Assembly (NCBI RefSeq): GCF_032191835.1
Contig: NC_083223.1
Span: 250,232,001 to 250,296,000, forward strand
DNA length: 64,000 bases
Source: Heteronotia binoei
Taxonomy: Eukaryota
Direction of reading: 5' to 3'
The notes under the pieces were generated by a model. The model did not search any database. It was not told the origin of the DNA and worked only from the letters and a program-made list of their open reading frames with translations. Below are positions 33,140 to 43,525 of this stretch, piece by piece; position 1 is the first letter of the stretch, and each line of letters opens with the position of its first letter. A program made the translations under genes and the position numbers.

Positions 33140-34110
33140 TAGAAAATCGATTTCTGAATTTCCCTCCGGACGTTCGGCATGTCTTATTTAACGCCAAAAA
33201 ACCTGCTACCAGGAAATCTTTTTCCTTGAAATGGAAATGTTTTTCAGCGTATGCTGTTCTTCATAACTTCAAACCTGAGCTCTCCACCATCACGCAGATC
33301 TTAACCTACACCTTATCTCTTTCTAACTCAGGACTTTCGTACTCTTCTCTAAAAGTCCACAGCGGCTATCTCTGCATTTCATCCACATATTGAAGGCTGC
33401 ACTGTTTTCTCCCACTATGCTACTAAAGCTTTCCTGAAAGGAATCCTCCACCTTCATCCTCCAACCCGCCAGATTCATCCCACCTGGAGCTTGTCACTTG
33501 TACTGAGTCAGTTAATGAAGCCACCCTTTGAACCCATGGCATCCATTCCTTTACATCTCTTGTCATGGAAGACAGCTTTACTGGTTGCACTTACTTCTGG
33601 CAGGAGAGCTAGCAACATCTGCGCATTCAGAGCAGACCCGCCATACACCATTTTTCATCATGACAGAATCATTTTACCTGCTTTTTTCCAACGCCCTACC
33701 GATGCAGGTCAACGAACTTTACATAACCTGGACGTACGTAGGGCCCTTGCCTTTCACATCCGAAAGGACACGTCAGTTCTGAAAGGACACTAGACTCTTT
33801 GTAGCATACGCAACCCACAATCGAGGCACTAAAATCTCAACGCAGAGATTTTCCAAATGGATTGTGGCTGCTATTACATTATGCTATAGACTGGCAAAAC
33901 AGCCTATACCTGAACATTTACGAGCCTACTTTACTAGAGCCGTTGCAACCTCAACAGCCTTCTGTAGGGGTGTTTCGATGGAAGACATCTGTGTCACTGC
34001 GGTCTGGTTGTCTCCATCTACATTCGCCTCGCACTACGCCTTAGACGTCCTTGCCTGGCGTGAGACGTCCTTCGGACAGCTGTACTACGATCCATCTTCA
34101 ACTGATGTCC
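33140..34110 (+). pseudogene. DIRS element 2 tyrosine recombinase, frameshifted
   Basis: KKPATRKS..KWK, SSLKVH, SGRRASNI, AYFTRAVA (H-S-T-R box altered), HYALDV. Confidence 0.9.
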
Positions 34111-34217
34111 CCAGTCATCTACACTGTAAGTACAGTATTGCTTCTTATATGCATAACTAATCTTGTCCTTTGGGTACAGATCCAGCACCTGGCTCCGGAC
34201 AGAATAGCTTGCCAGTC

Positions 34218-34308
34218 ACCCATGTGTGGGACTGCACAGAGACCACGAAGAAGATAAACAGGTTTCTTACCTGTAACTGGTGATCTTCGAGTGGTCATCT
34301 GTGCAGTC
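34218..34308. repeat. DIRS element 2 ICR
   Basis: 34218-34255 is an exact reverse complement of 28640-28677; 34256-34308 matches the right terminus with 3 mismatches in 53 nt. Confidence 0.95.
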
Positions 34309-36445
34309 ACACACACCCGCCCATCCTTCCCCGCTGCTGGTTTCTGGTTCCTGAAGAAAAAAATTTCCGTCTATGCGGCGGCAGGAAGAAACTGGGTGGG
34401 TGACGCACCTCCCTCTCGTCTGGGCATGCGCGATGGATGCCTCCTCCCTGGGACGAGAGGAAGTGTGCGCCAAAATTAACACTCAAAGATTGCTTTGAAT
34501 TCTCCAAGGTCGGGTTCGATCCTGGCGGATAACCCATGTGTGGGACTGCACAGATGACCACTCAAAGATCATCGGTTACAGGTAAGAAACCTGTTTTTCC
34601 CTGGAGCCACTTGCCTTATTTAAGAAGGAAGACTGCCTATGAAGATCTCAAAATCAGTATGTTGAAGTTTGGCCTGATGTTTCATTTGGAAGCCACTTCC
34701 AGTCTTTTTATGTTGACTGCAGCAGTTCCTTAATAAGGCACTGGCTGTAGTCTGGAATGGTTGAAATTTCCGCACACAATATCTTCTATGGTAGGGGAAC
34801 CTGATATAAATGACCCATAAGCAAGTGTGATACAACTAGAGATGTAAAGTTTCCATAAATGTTGAAGGCATGGGAAGGGAAAGTGTTTTTTCTCTTTTAA
34901 AATGGAATTTAAAAGTTATACAAGCAAAATTGTTCTCAAGCAAAATTGCAAATATACTAAATGCTTAGCCCATATACCTTAATGTCTGCTGTATGAAACG
35001 TAGAAAAAATAAGAGTTAAACAGGAAAAACAAGCTGTGTCATAAAATACGTTATTTGGTCAGGAAAAAAATCACACAAAGTGTCAATAATATCTGCACAG
35101 CTAGATGCTCTCTTCCTTCTACTGGTTGTTCAGTTCTCAAAGTCAGAGTTTTCCTTTGGGGACTTGGTGCAATTTCTGCCCCTCTCCTCCCCCACTCCTT
35201 CTGATCTCCCCCCCCCCTCCAGCAAAATAGGGCAATAGGATATTTGATAGGCAATCTGTGGGTATATATGTCACAGTGGCTTGAGGGAGAGGTGAAAAGG
35301 TCAACCCCAAGAGAACAATCAGTTCAAAAGGCCACAGAAGCAATAAAAGCCATGCATGCTGCCCACGTATCCTAGGTACAGAAATGCAACTTGTATTTAA
35401 GAGCTGTATACCTCTGTCCACCTTGTCCTTAAGCATTTTACTCATTCTAAAAGATGAATAAGAGGGGGGGGGGTTTCAGCACTCCTCCAAATTTCCATTT
35501 TTTTCCATTGGAAAAATGGGGGGAAAGGCCTCAGGAAAAACGGGAGAAACTTTCCTCCTTGAAATTTCCTGTGGCCCCCTCCCCCATCTTTAAGTCCTTT
35601 AACACAGAGGGACACATGCTGGCACACCAATAGTGCGAGAGGTTTGGTTGAAGACACTACTTGGGCAGCCATAAAATAATATGGGATCTAAAAACATCTT
35701 CAAGCTCTTAAGAAATGCTTCCCTTCTTAGCATACTCTATGTTCAGCTGGGGGAGGAGATATTTGTAAAGTTGAATGGACACTTTCTCCCTGTTCCACTA
35801 AAGTGGGGTGCGAGTCAGATCTGTGGTCTAAGTTGGCATCCAGATCTGGACTTCCATGGCAGATGTCTCAGAAAGTAAAGCACGGCATAATGACATCTCT
35901 CCTCAGTGTCGTACACAAGATCTGGTGGTAGTGAGTTATTCTGTATTTATATGGAACTTTCCCACTTCTGGTGTCCTTTTTTACAAATGAATGTCCTTTT
36001 GGAGGCGAAAACTCTGGAAATAACTGTGTAGTTTTTTCCTGATCACTGTTGAGACGGCTATGCAGAAGTGCAGGAACATGTACTGTAGAATAGCACCAAC
36101 ACCCTGAAAATGACATCTACGCTACAAATGTAGATTCAGATATCAGCTTCCTGTTGAGTCCTGGGTGGTATCTCTATTGTCAGCAGATTTGGATTCAGAA
36201 ATTATTTGACAATAGCGATTTCCTTAAAATGCTGTTAAAATAACTATTATCCTACTGACCTTATGAAAAATTGTATAGGTCCACTGTTGTATTTTATCCA
36301 ATGTGTTATGAGACACATATATTTTATTGTTTTGTATTTTGCCTTTTGACTGTTCTGGCTTATTTATAACACTGATTTTGTTTCTTTGCCCTGTTGTGAT
36401 GTATTGATTATATGCTCAAGACCTCTGGTCATATGAGCTTAATAA

Positions 36446-36712
36446 AGAAGAGGAGGAGATTTGATTTATACCCCACCCTTCACTAGCCAAAGGAGTCTCA
36501 GAGCACTTTACACTCTTCCTTTCCCTTCCCCTCCTCTTCCCTGTGAGGTTGGTGGAGCTGAAAGAGCTCTCCTATAACTGCACTTGAGCAGAACAGCTCT
36601 GAGAGCTTGTAGCTGACCCAAGGTCACATCAGCAGGTGCATGTGAAGGAGTGGGAAATCAAACCTGGTTTTCCCAGATAAGAGTCTACACACTTAACCAC
36701 TGCACCAAACTG
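36446..36712 (-). mobile_element. Squam3-like SINE
   Basis: Antisense copy of the 5063 family. Confidence 0.8.
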
Positions 36713-37407
36713 GAAATGGCTACAAATGTTATGCAGATATATTTCATAACAGTAAAGCTTTTCCAGGGGAGGTGGATGGCATTGCTAACAATGGATTTGT
36801 TCTGCCATCAAGTGACAGCTGACTTACAGCAACACAATAGGGTTTTCTTTGTAGCAATCCTGGTATTCCTTGGAGGTCTCCCATCCAAATACTAGCCAGG
36901 GCTGGCCCTGCTTAGCTTCTACAATGTGACAAGATCAAGCTAGCTTGGGCTAATAAGGTTGTGGCTAACACCCAGGCAAAGGAAAACCAATTCCCAGGAT
37001 TCTGTGGGAGAAAATAAGCAGTACTGTTGAGGGGGAAATGAAGTAATCGGTTTTCACAGATACCACCTACTTTATAGGGCTGTTGTGCTTTGATGTAATT
37101 TGAGCAAACTAAAAGCAATATGATTATTATACACAATTTAAAAACTCAAGTATAAGAATTAAAATGAGATAAATCGATTCCCATGTGTTTTTTAACTAGC
37201 CTGGAGACTGCCATGGGTTGCTATTTTTCAAGACTCACCTGGAGACTGTTTTCTGTTGGAATAGAATTCAATTTATTTCTTCCTTATTTAAAGTCTATGT
37301 AAGTAAAAGATGAACTTGTACTGGCTTTTTTCCTTCTGACACATCCACAGATCAAGCCTTTCATGAAACTGACAGTACCTTATTTATATCTATTTATATA
37401 AATCAAT

Positions 37408-37533
37408 CAGGGCTTTTTTTTTTTAAGCAGGAATGCAGTCCTGGCTGGGTTGGGGTCAGGGTATGTGTGTGTGTGGCCTAATGTGCAAATGTTCCTGATG
37501 GGCTTTTTCTACCCCCCCCCCCCAAAAGCTCTG
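37408..37533. mobile_element. CAGGGCTTTTTT-family MITE
   Basis: Same TIR and GTGTGGCCTAAT.TGCAAATG core as 19681-19875. Confidence 0.65.
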
Positions 37534-37783
37534 TAAATAATATAAAAATCTTCATGATAAAGAGAAATACAATCCCCCCACTCCCACCGGTCATTTTAAA
37601 AAAATAGTTCCTGTGGGAAGTATGTTTGCTTCCCGGCCGCCCCGCCCCTCTGGGCTCCAGAACTAGCTCAATGTTTCCTGAATTGTTCAGGAGGTTGGAC
37701 TAGATGACCCTGTAATTCCCTTCCAACTCTATGGTTCTATGAGGTTTAGGGACCGTTCTGTGACCTGCCTTTGAGGCCCACTG

Positions 37784-38052
37784 GAGAGCCAGTTTGATGT
37801 AGTGGTGGTTAAGTGTGCTGACTCTTATCTGGGAGAACCAGGTTTGATTCCCCCACTTGCAGCTGCCGGAATGGCCTTGGGTCAGCCATAGCTCTTGCAG
37901 AAGTTGTTCTTGAAAGGGCAGCTGCTATGAGAGCTCTCAACCTCACCTACCTCACAGGGTGTATGTTGTGGGGAGAGAAGATATAGGCGATTGTAAACCG
38001 CTCTTAACTGATTCAGAGAGAAGGGCGGGATATAAATCTGCAGTCTTCTTCC
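37784..38052 (+). mobile_element. Squam3-like SINE
   Basis: Same family head and tail as 5063. Confidence 0.8.
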
Positions 38053-38223
38053 CTTCCTTGGAAGCCTTTCCCCAGGTTTTTCAGCTGGGACTTTGTGTCG
38101 GCTTTCTTCAGCTCTCCCAAAGTGGTGACTTCCTCTTAAAGTTCAACAGAATACTAGGGAGGGAGCCTTCCTTCTTGTTTTCTCTTCCCTCTACGGAAAA
38201 TGTAATCTGGCTTCCTATTACTC

Positions 38224-38227
38224 AAAA
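38224..38227 (-). terminator. Pol III terminator (TTTT) of tRNA-Ser
   Basis: T4 run on the minus strand, 6 nt past the tRNA 3' end. Confidence 0.7.
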
Positions 38228-38233
38228 GGGGTG

Positions 38234-38315
38234 CGACGAGGATGGGATTCGAACCCACGCGTGCAGAGCACAATGGATTAGCAGTCCATCGCCTTAACCA
38301 CTCGGCCACCTCGTC
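38234..38315 (-). tRNA. tRNA-Ser (anticodon GCT)
   Basis: Reverse complement GACGAGGTGGCCGAGTGGTTAAGGCGATGGACTGCTAATCCATTGTGCTCTGCACGCGTGGGTTCGAATCCCATCCTCGTCG: 82 nt, intact acceptor stem, long variable arm, GGTTCGAATCC B-box, G discriminator. Confidence 0.98.
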
Positions 38316-38399
38316 TCTCAGGCTTGTACTCCTCCTACTACCTGGTCTATAGCTATCTCCCTGTTGGTAGGAAAATTCTTGTTTGGAATTATCTTTCTT

Positions 38400-38949
38400 C
38401 TTGCATTATCGCTTTCCTACGACTTCCAATTTTCCGGCATGCAGTTGTGTCCCGCTCTTCCCCTCCCCATGTTTTCTACACGGCCAAAAAATACAAACCC
38501 TCAAAATAAAAACAAGGGGGAGGGAGGAAGCGGGGGAGGCAACCTCAGCACCTAAAACCCGTTTGCTTCGCGCAACGGAGTGGGGGTTGTATGTACTGAA
38601 AAGCTACAGAAGGGGGGTGGGGACGCAACGAAAAGCGGGGGGGGGGCTTGCAATCGTCTTCCCCCTTTGCAATGAATCTTCCTCGTGAGTAGATGGCGCT
38701 AGAGAAAGACTCCCCCCTCCTGAGCAGATCGTGTACTGAAACTGGCAGATTTTCATAAGAAGGAAAAGGAGACGAACAGCTGCTCACCGACGCGCTAACC
38801 TGTTTTGCAAGGTTCTTTCCAAGGTAGATTTCATGTAGCTTTGCAGACTTTTCAGAGTGCAGCTTTGCAAAGGAAATGAAGGCAAGGAGCCACAGCTGAT
38901 GGGGCAGGTTTGAGACTTCTCCAACACACACTGTTTATCCCCTTTGCCC
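38400..38949 (+). promoter_or_regulatory. CpG-enriched B4GAT1 promoter / 5' UTR region
   Basis: Local CpG enrichment between the tRNA 5' end and the B4GAT1 ATG; YY1-like AGATGGCG at 38691. Confidence 0.5.
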
Positions 38950-40008
38950 ATGCAGTGCTCATGCTTCCAGGTGCTGGTGGCAGCGCTGGCCCTCGTGGCT
39001 GGCTTGCAGCTGCTGTATTTGGCCCTGTTGTCAGGTCTGCATGGACAGGATCAACGGTCCCACTATGCTGAGCTTTTCCAAGGGCGCCGGTCCCTGCCCA
39101 GTGATGGGCACAAGGAGAGGCTAAAGCAAGTGTTGGCCAGCGGTGGCAGCCTGGATGCCAGTAGACAGTACCGCATCTACCAGGACATGTTACATGGCAC
39201 TTGGGATGGCGAGCAGAGGCAGGATGTGGTGCTGGTCACGCACACCAGCCTCAGCAACTTGCATCACACTCAGCAACTGGTGGAACGCTGGAGAGGCCCA
39301 CTCTCCGTGGCCCTTTTCGCTCCAGGTTCTGCCGAAGTCCGCCTTGCCACCTTGATGGTCTATGCGCTAGCAGCTCTATGTGCGCCCATTCGCCAGCTAG
39401 TTCGCCTCCATCTGGTGTGCCACGCTGATCAAGTGGCTGCCTTCCCAGAGCTGGAGGATCATGACGAATTTGCCAGGCTCCAAGCCTGTGGAGATGTCTT
39501 CGCCAAGCTAGCACGAGTAGGGGCCGGGCAGCGTAATTATGCCATGGATGTTTTTAACGCTTCCTATCCCAATAACTTGCTCCGCAATGTGGCACGGAGG
39601 GTGGTCGGTGGGCACTGGATGCTGGTGGTGGATGTGGACATGGTGCCTAGCGAGGGGCTACGGGAGGCCTTTTTGGCACTACCTAGAATAACTGATGAGG
39701 GGACACCAGGGGTTCTCGTTGTGCCTGCTTTTGAGATCCGCCACACTCGCCGCATCCCTGGAACAAAAACAGAACTGCTGCAGCTGTACCAAGTGGGTGA
39801 GATCCGGCCTTTCTATGAAGAACTGTGCCCCAGATGCCAGGCACCCACCAACTATTCCCATTGGCTGAATCTTCCAGTGGGTGGCCCCCTACATGTGGCC
39901 TATGAAGTGGAGTGGACAGACCCATGGGAACCCTTCTATATTGGCACTAGTTCTGTGCCCCACTATGATGAACGCTTCAAGCAGTATGGCTTCAATCGCA
40001 TCAGTCAG
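38950..40008 (+). CDS. B4GAT1: B4GAT1 coding exon 1
   Basis: ATG at 38950 to ..AGT CAG|gtatct, 1059 nt, 353 codons. Confidence 0.95.
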
Positions 40009-40761
40009 GTATCTAGTCTGTTGGTCATCTTGGTGAAGGGGCCAAATTTAGTTTGGGGGTTGGGATGGTGGAGAAGCTTAATTTTGGTCAGGCTGTGTGT
40101 GTGGGGGGGGGAGAATCCTTATACAAACAGCCCTGCAGTGTGCTGCTTAAGGTTTTTAGAGAGTGTGTGGGTTATTCTTGCACAGGGGTGGCCAAACTGT
40201 GGCTCGGGAACCACATGTGGCTCTTTCACACATATTGTGTGGCTCTTGAAGCTCCCATCGGCCAGCTTGGAGAAGGCATTTCTGTCTTTAAATAAGTTCT
40301 CCAAGCCAGCTGGTAGCTTGGAGAATGTATTTAAAATTAAAGTTGCTTTCTTTCCACCTCTCCTTCCCTACTCCCCCTATCTCTTTGCCTTCCTTCCTGT
40401 GTTGCAGCTCTCAAACATCTGCCATTTATGTCTTGTGGCTCTCATACATCTGACATTTATTTTCTGTGGCTCCTATGTTAAGCAAGTTTGGCCACCCCTG
40501 TTCTTGCATGTTCTTTGTTAGGGAAGAACCTCTGAACTCTGCTGCTGTTATATTGTCTTTTTCCACCAGGCTTGTGAGCTCCATATAGCTGGCTACCGCT
40601 TCTTGGTTCTCAGCAATGCATTTCTGGTGCACAAGGGCTTCAAGGTGGCCAGTGAGTTCCATGCGCAAAAGGATGCTGAGAACCAGCGCAACAAGGTGCT
40701 CTTTCGACAATTCAAGCAGGAACTCAAGATAAGATATCCCACCTCACCAAGGCGGTGCTGA
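38950..40761 (+). CDS. B4GAT1: Beta-1,4-glucuronyltransferase 1, complete, 416 aa
   Basis: Exons 38950-40008 and 40570-40761 (GT-AG, phase 0). N-terminal TM anchor, [14 protein letters not shown] motif (VVDVDMVPS), WEPFY, FDERF-like [15 protein letters not shown]|ACELH, ends YPTSPRRC*. Confidence 0.97.
40183..40500. mobile_element. hAT-type MITE in the B4GAT1 intron
   Basis: TIR CAGGGGTGGCCAAAC / GTTTGGCCACCCCTG; 8-bp TSD TTCTTGCA on both sides. Confidence 0.9.
40570..40761 (+). CDS. B4GAT1: B4GAT1 coding exon 2
   Basis: ccag|[43 protein letters not shown]. Confidence 0.96.
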   Translation, partial: ACELHIAGYRFLVLSNAFLVHKGFKVASEFHAQKDAENQRNKVLFRQFKQELKIRYPTSPRRC

Positions 40762-42142
40762 CTCTGGGTCAACTAATGGGGGACTGTGTGGAGTCTCTTT
40801 TGGACTGGGCGAGGGAGTCAAGCACTGCACACCAGCTCGACAGAAATGTCCAACTCAGGATGCTGATGCTACTGTCAGTATTTGTGTAGAGAACTACTTC
40901 TGTGCCAGTTGGAGGGAGGAGGCATACCTGCCAGCTTGTCTACTTTCTCCAGTGATGTTTGTTGCTGCTAGAATATTATCAGTGCTTTATTTGGGGAGTT
41001 TGTGTCTGCATACATACGCACACTCTAATGCTTCCATGCATAAGGACCTTGGTTTCTGTCAGGTATGAGAATTCCCCAGCTGATGTTTTGTAGGACCTGT
41101 TTACAGATAATTCACATGGACTTTGCATTACCAAGGTAAATCAACATTGAAATCTGACAGTCCAGTCTTATGTACTTACTCCAGTCTAAACCTATTGAAA
41201 GCAATCAGACTTGACATTAACTCTGCATAAGATTGTACAGAGAGTTAATCCCAGACAAGGCTAAGGTATTGAATCATCTCATCTGGGATGAATATACAGC
41301 TTTTTCTGTTGGCTGGTCACTGTTTTACACAGAGAAACACATTTATTTGTGAAATAGCAAACAAATGATTCTGGCTAATTTCCTTAGGATAACAAACCTT
41401 GGGAAAGAAATCTGAGCTAACAATCTCTGGAACTTGATTGTGAGAACAAACATCAGACTTCATACTTTCCACTCACTGGCTTTTACAAATGTTTGGTGCT
41501 TCTTTTCTGTCAGTCTATTTTTCCCTGGTTGACCTCTATAAAAGGCACATTTCTTCCTGTGGAATGAGGGCTGATGTTTTATGGTGCTTAAGAGGTGGGG
41601 GTGGGCCACAGGGATCTGGGTCAAAGTGCTGGAACGTGGTGGGGTGACTTGAAGAGAAGAAACTGAAACACAATTCAAGATTATTGATTTTTGTCCCTGA
41701 CTTTATTTTTCAAGTTGATAGCTTCTTTTTCTACATAATGGATATAAATACACTAATGTACTTCCTGGGGATGAAAGTGGGGAGGGAATAATATATTTCC
41801 ACTAAAAACTGCAGTTTGCAAATTAAATTGAATAATTTGGATTTAAAGTGCTTTATTCTTGTCAACTTTATGCCAATTATTAGAGCAGAAGTAGTTAGGG
41901 CTAGCAGCAGTGAGGATGTACACTGTTGGCAGACCTAGCTCTTGACAAAGCTAATCCATTTTCTAGAATTTGGGAAAATATACATTAAGGGTATTTCCAC
42001 ACCTCTGTGGTGGAAAACACCATCTACAAAACAACACTGAAGCAGTTTATAACTTTTTTCATTCCTTCCAAATCGCAATGTAGAAGAGATTCAACCTGTG
42101 GCTCAAAACCTGCAGCAACAGCCTTACAGCTCTCAACCACAA

Positions 42143-42870
42143 TGGCATCATAGAGCTGGGAGGGACCTCCAGGGTCATCTAGTCTAATCCCCTGCATAAT
42201 ACAGAAAGTTCACAAATACCCCCCACCCCCACACACAGTGACACCTGCTCCATACCCAGAATATGACAAAAAACCCTTCCAGGATCCCTGGCAAAACTGG
42301 CCTGGGGAAAAATTGCTGCCTGACCCCAAAGTGGCAAACAGCATTTCTCTGGGTATTTAAGAAAGGGCCAGGAGAACTAAACACTGATGTAACCCTTCCT
42401 CCCTCCTTCTCATGATCTGCCTAAATTAACAGAATCAGCAGTGCTATCAAATGGCAATCTAGCCTCTGTTTAAAAACCTCCAAAGAAAGCCAGTTTGGTG
42501 TAGTAGTTAAGTGCATGGGTAGACTCTTATCTGGGAGAACTGAGTTTGATTCCCCACTTCTGCACTTGCAGCTGCTGGAATGGCCTTGGGTCAGCCATAG
42601 CTCTCGCAGAGTTGTCCTGAAAGGGCAACTTCTGTGAGAGCTCTCTCAGCCCCACCTACCTCACTCACTATGTTTGTTTGTGGGGAGAAGGGTAAAGGAG
42701 ATTTGGAGTGGACGGCGGGATACAAATCCAATGTCTCCTTCAAAGAAGCAGAGCTCACCATCTCCTGAGGAAGCCTGTTCTACTAAGAAATTATTTGAAC
42801 TGTCAGGAAGTTATTCCTAATGTTTAGCCAAAAACTCTTAATTTCAGCCCACTGGTTCTGGTCAGCCCTT
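42143..42870 (-). mobile_element. CR1 3' fragment interrupted by a Squam3-like SINE (about 42485-42740, +)
   Basis: CR1 sequence resumes after the SINE; CAAAGAA is repeated at both SINE ends. Confidence 0.7.
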
Positions 42871-43469
42871 CTGGGACAACAGAAAACACATCCAGGGTGT
42901 GATTGTGTTGCCTACCTTATCTGGTGGGCTTTGGGTGGGTAGTTTCAGGCAGGATGCAGCACTGATATACTGAAACACTGCCATTGGAAATAATAGCTTC
43001 ACAAATGATGGAGTAAACATTAAGAGGATACTGCCAGTCTCCATGGCAACAACAGCCTTTTTGTGAGATGGGAGTTTTCAGGCATCTTGACGGTTTTCTA
43101 ATGTTCGTAATTAGTCCTTGTAGCCTTCTCCTTTATTTCAGCTAAGGCTTTGGAACTCTTGTGAGGTTTTACCTCTGACTTTTCTTACGTTGCGTCTTCT
43201 GTATGATAGAAAATATGCACAAATTGAAATAAATGAACATACACCTGTGAATGGCGGCGGGATTGTTCTTTCCGTCCATGTCCTTTTATTTACTACAGCA
43301 ATTCCTCTACAACATGTTTTGACAGCTTTGTATTTATACAAGCCTTGTTGGTATCTTGTCGCCATGGAAACTCTTGCCCACCCCTTACTTCCTGTTTCCC
43401 ACAATGCCGCTCGCGGAGAACATAGAGTTTCATCAAAGCAAACCAGGCCGAGTAAGTTTAGAGATTTCC

Positions 43470-43525
43470 TCCTCTGATTGGCTGATTGTGGTGGGCGGGG
43501 CCAAGGGAAACTACTTCCGGCTGCT
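43470..43525 (+). promoter_or_regulatory. BRMS1 core promoter motifs
   Basis: Reverse CCAAT (GATTGG, 43476), GC box GGGCGGGGCC (43493), ETS ACTTCCGG (43513) in a CpG-rich patch; donor CAG|GTATGA at 43573 suggests a non-coding exon 1 ending at 43572. Confidence 0.65.

Larger units (their letters stand above)
28640..34596 (+). mobile_element. DIRS1-type tyrosine-recombinase retrotransposon, full length and defective (element 2)
   Basis: Left ITR about 28656-28828 and right ITR about 34386-34553; ICR 34218-34308; gag, RT (YIDD), RNase H, MT-like and YR remnants. Confidence 0.95.

Noticed and set aside
40009-40521. 525-aa B4GAT1 as one exon (ORF track 38944-40521)
   Set aside because: Homology stops at the donor at 40009 and resumes at 40570. 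The extension is intron and MITE sequence. The TTG start at 38944 is an ORF-finder artefact.
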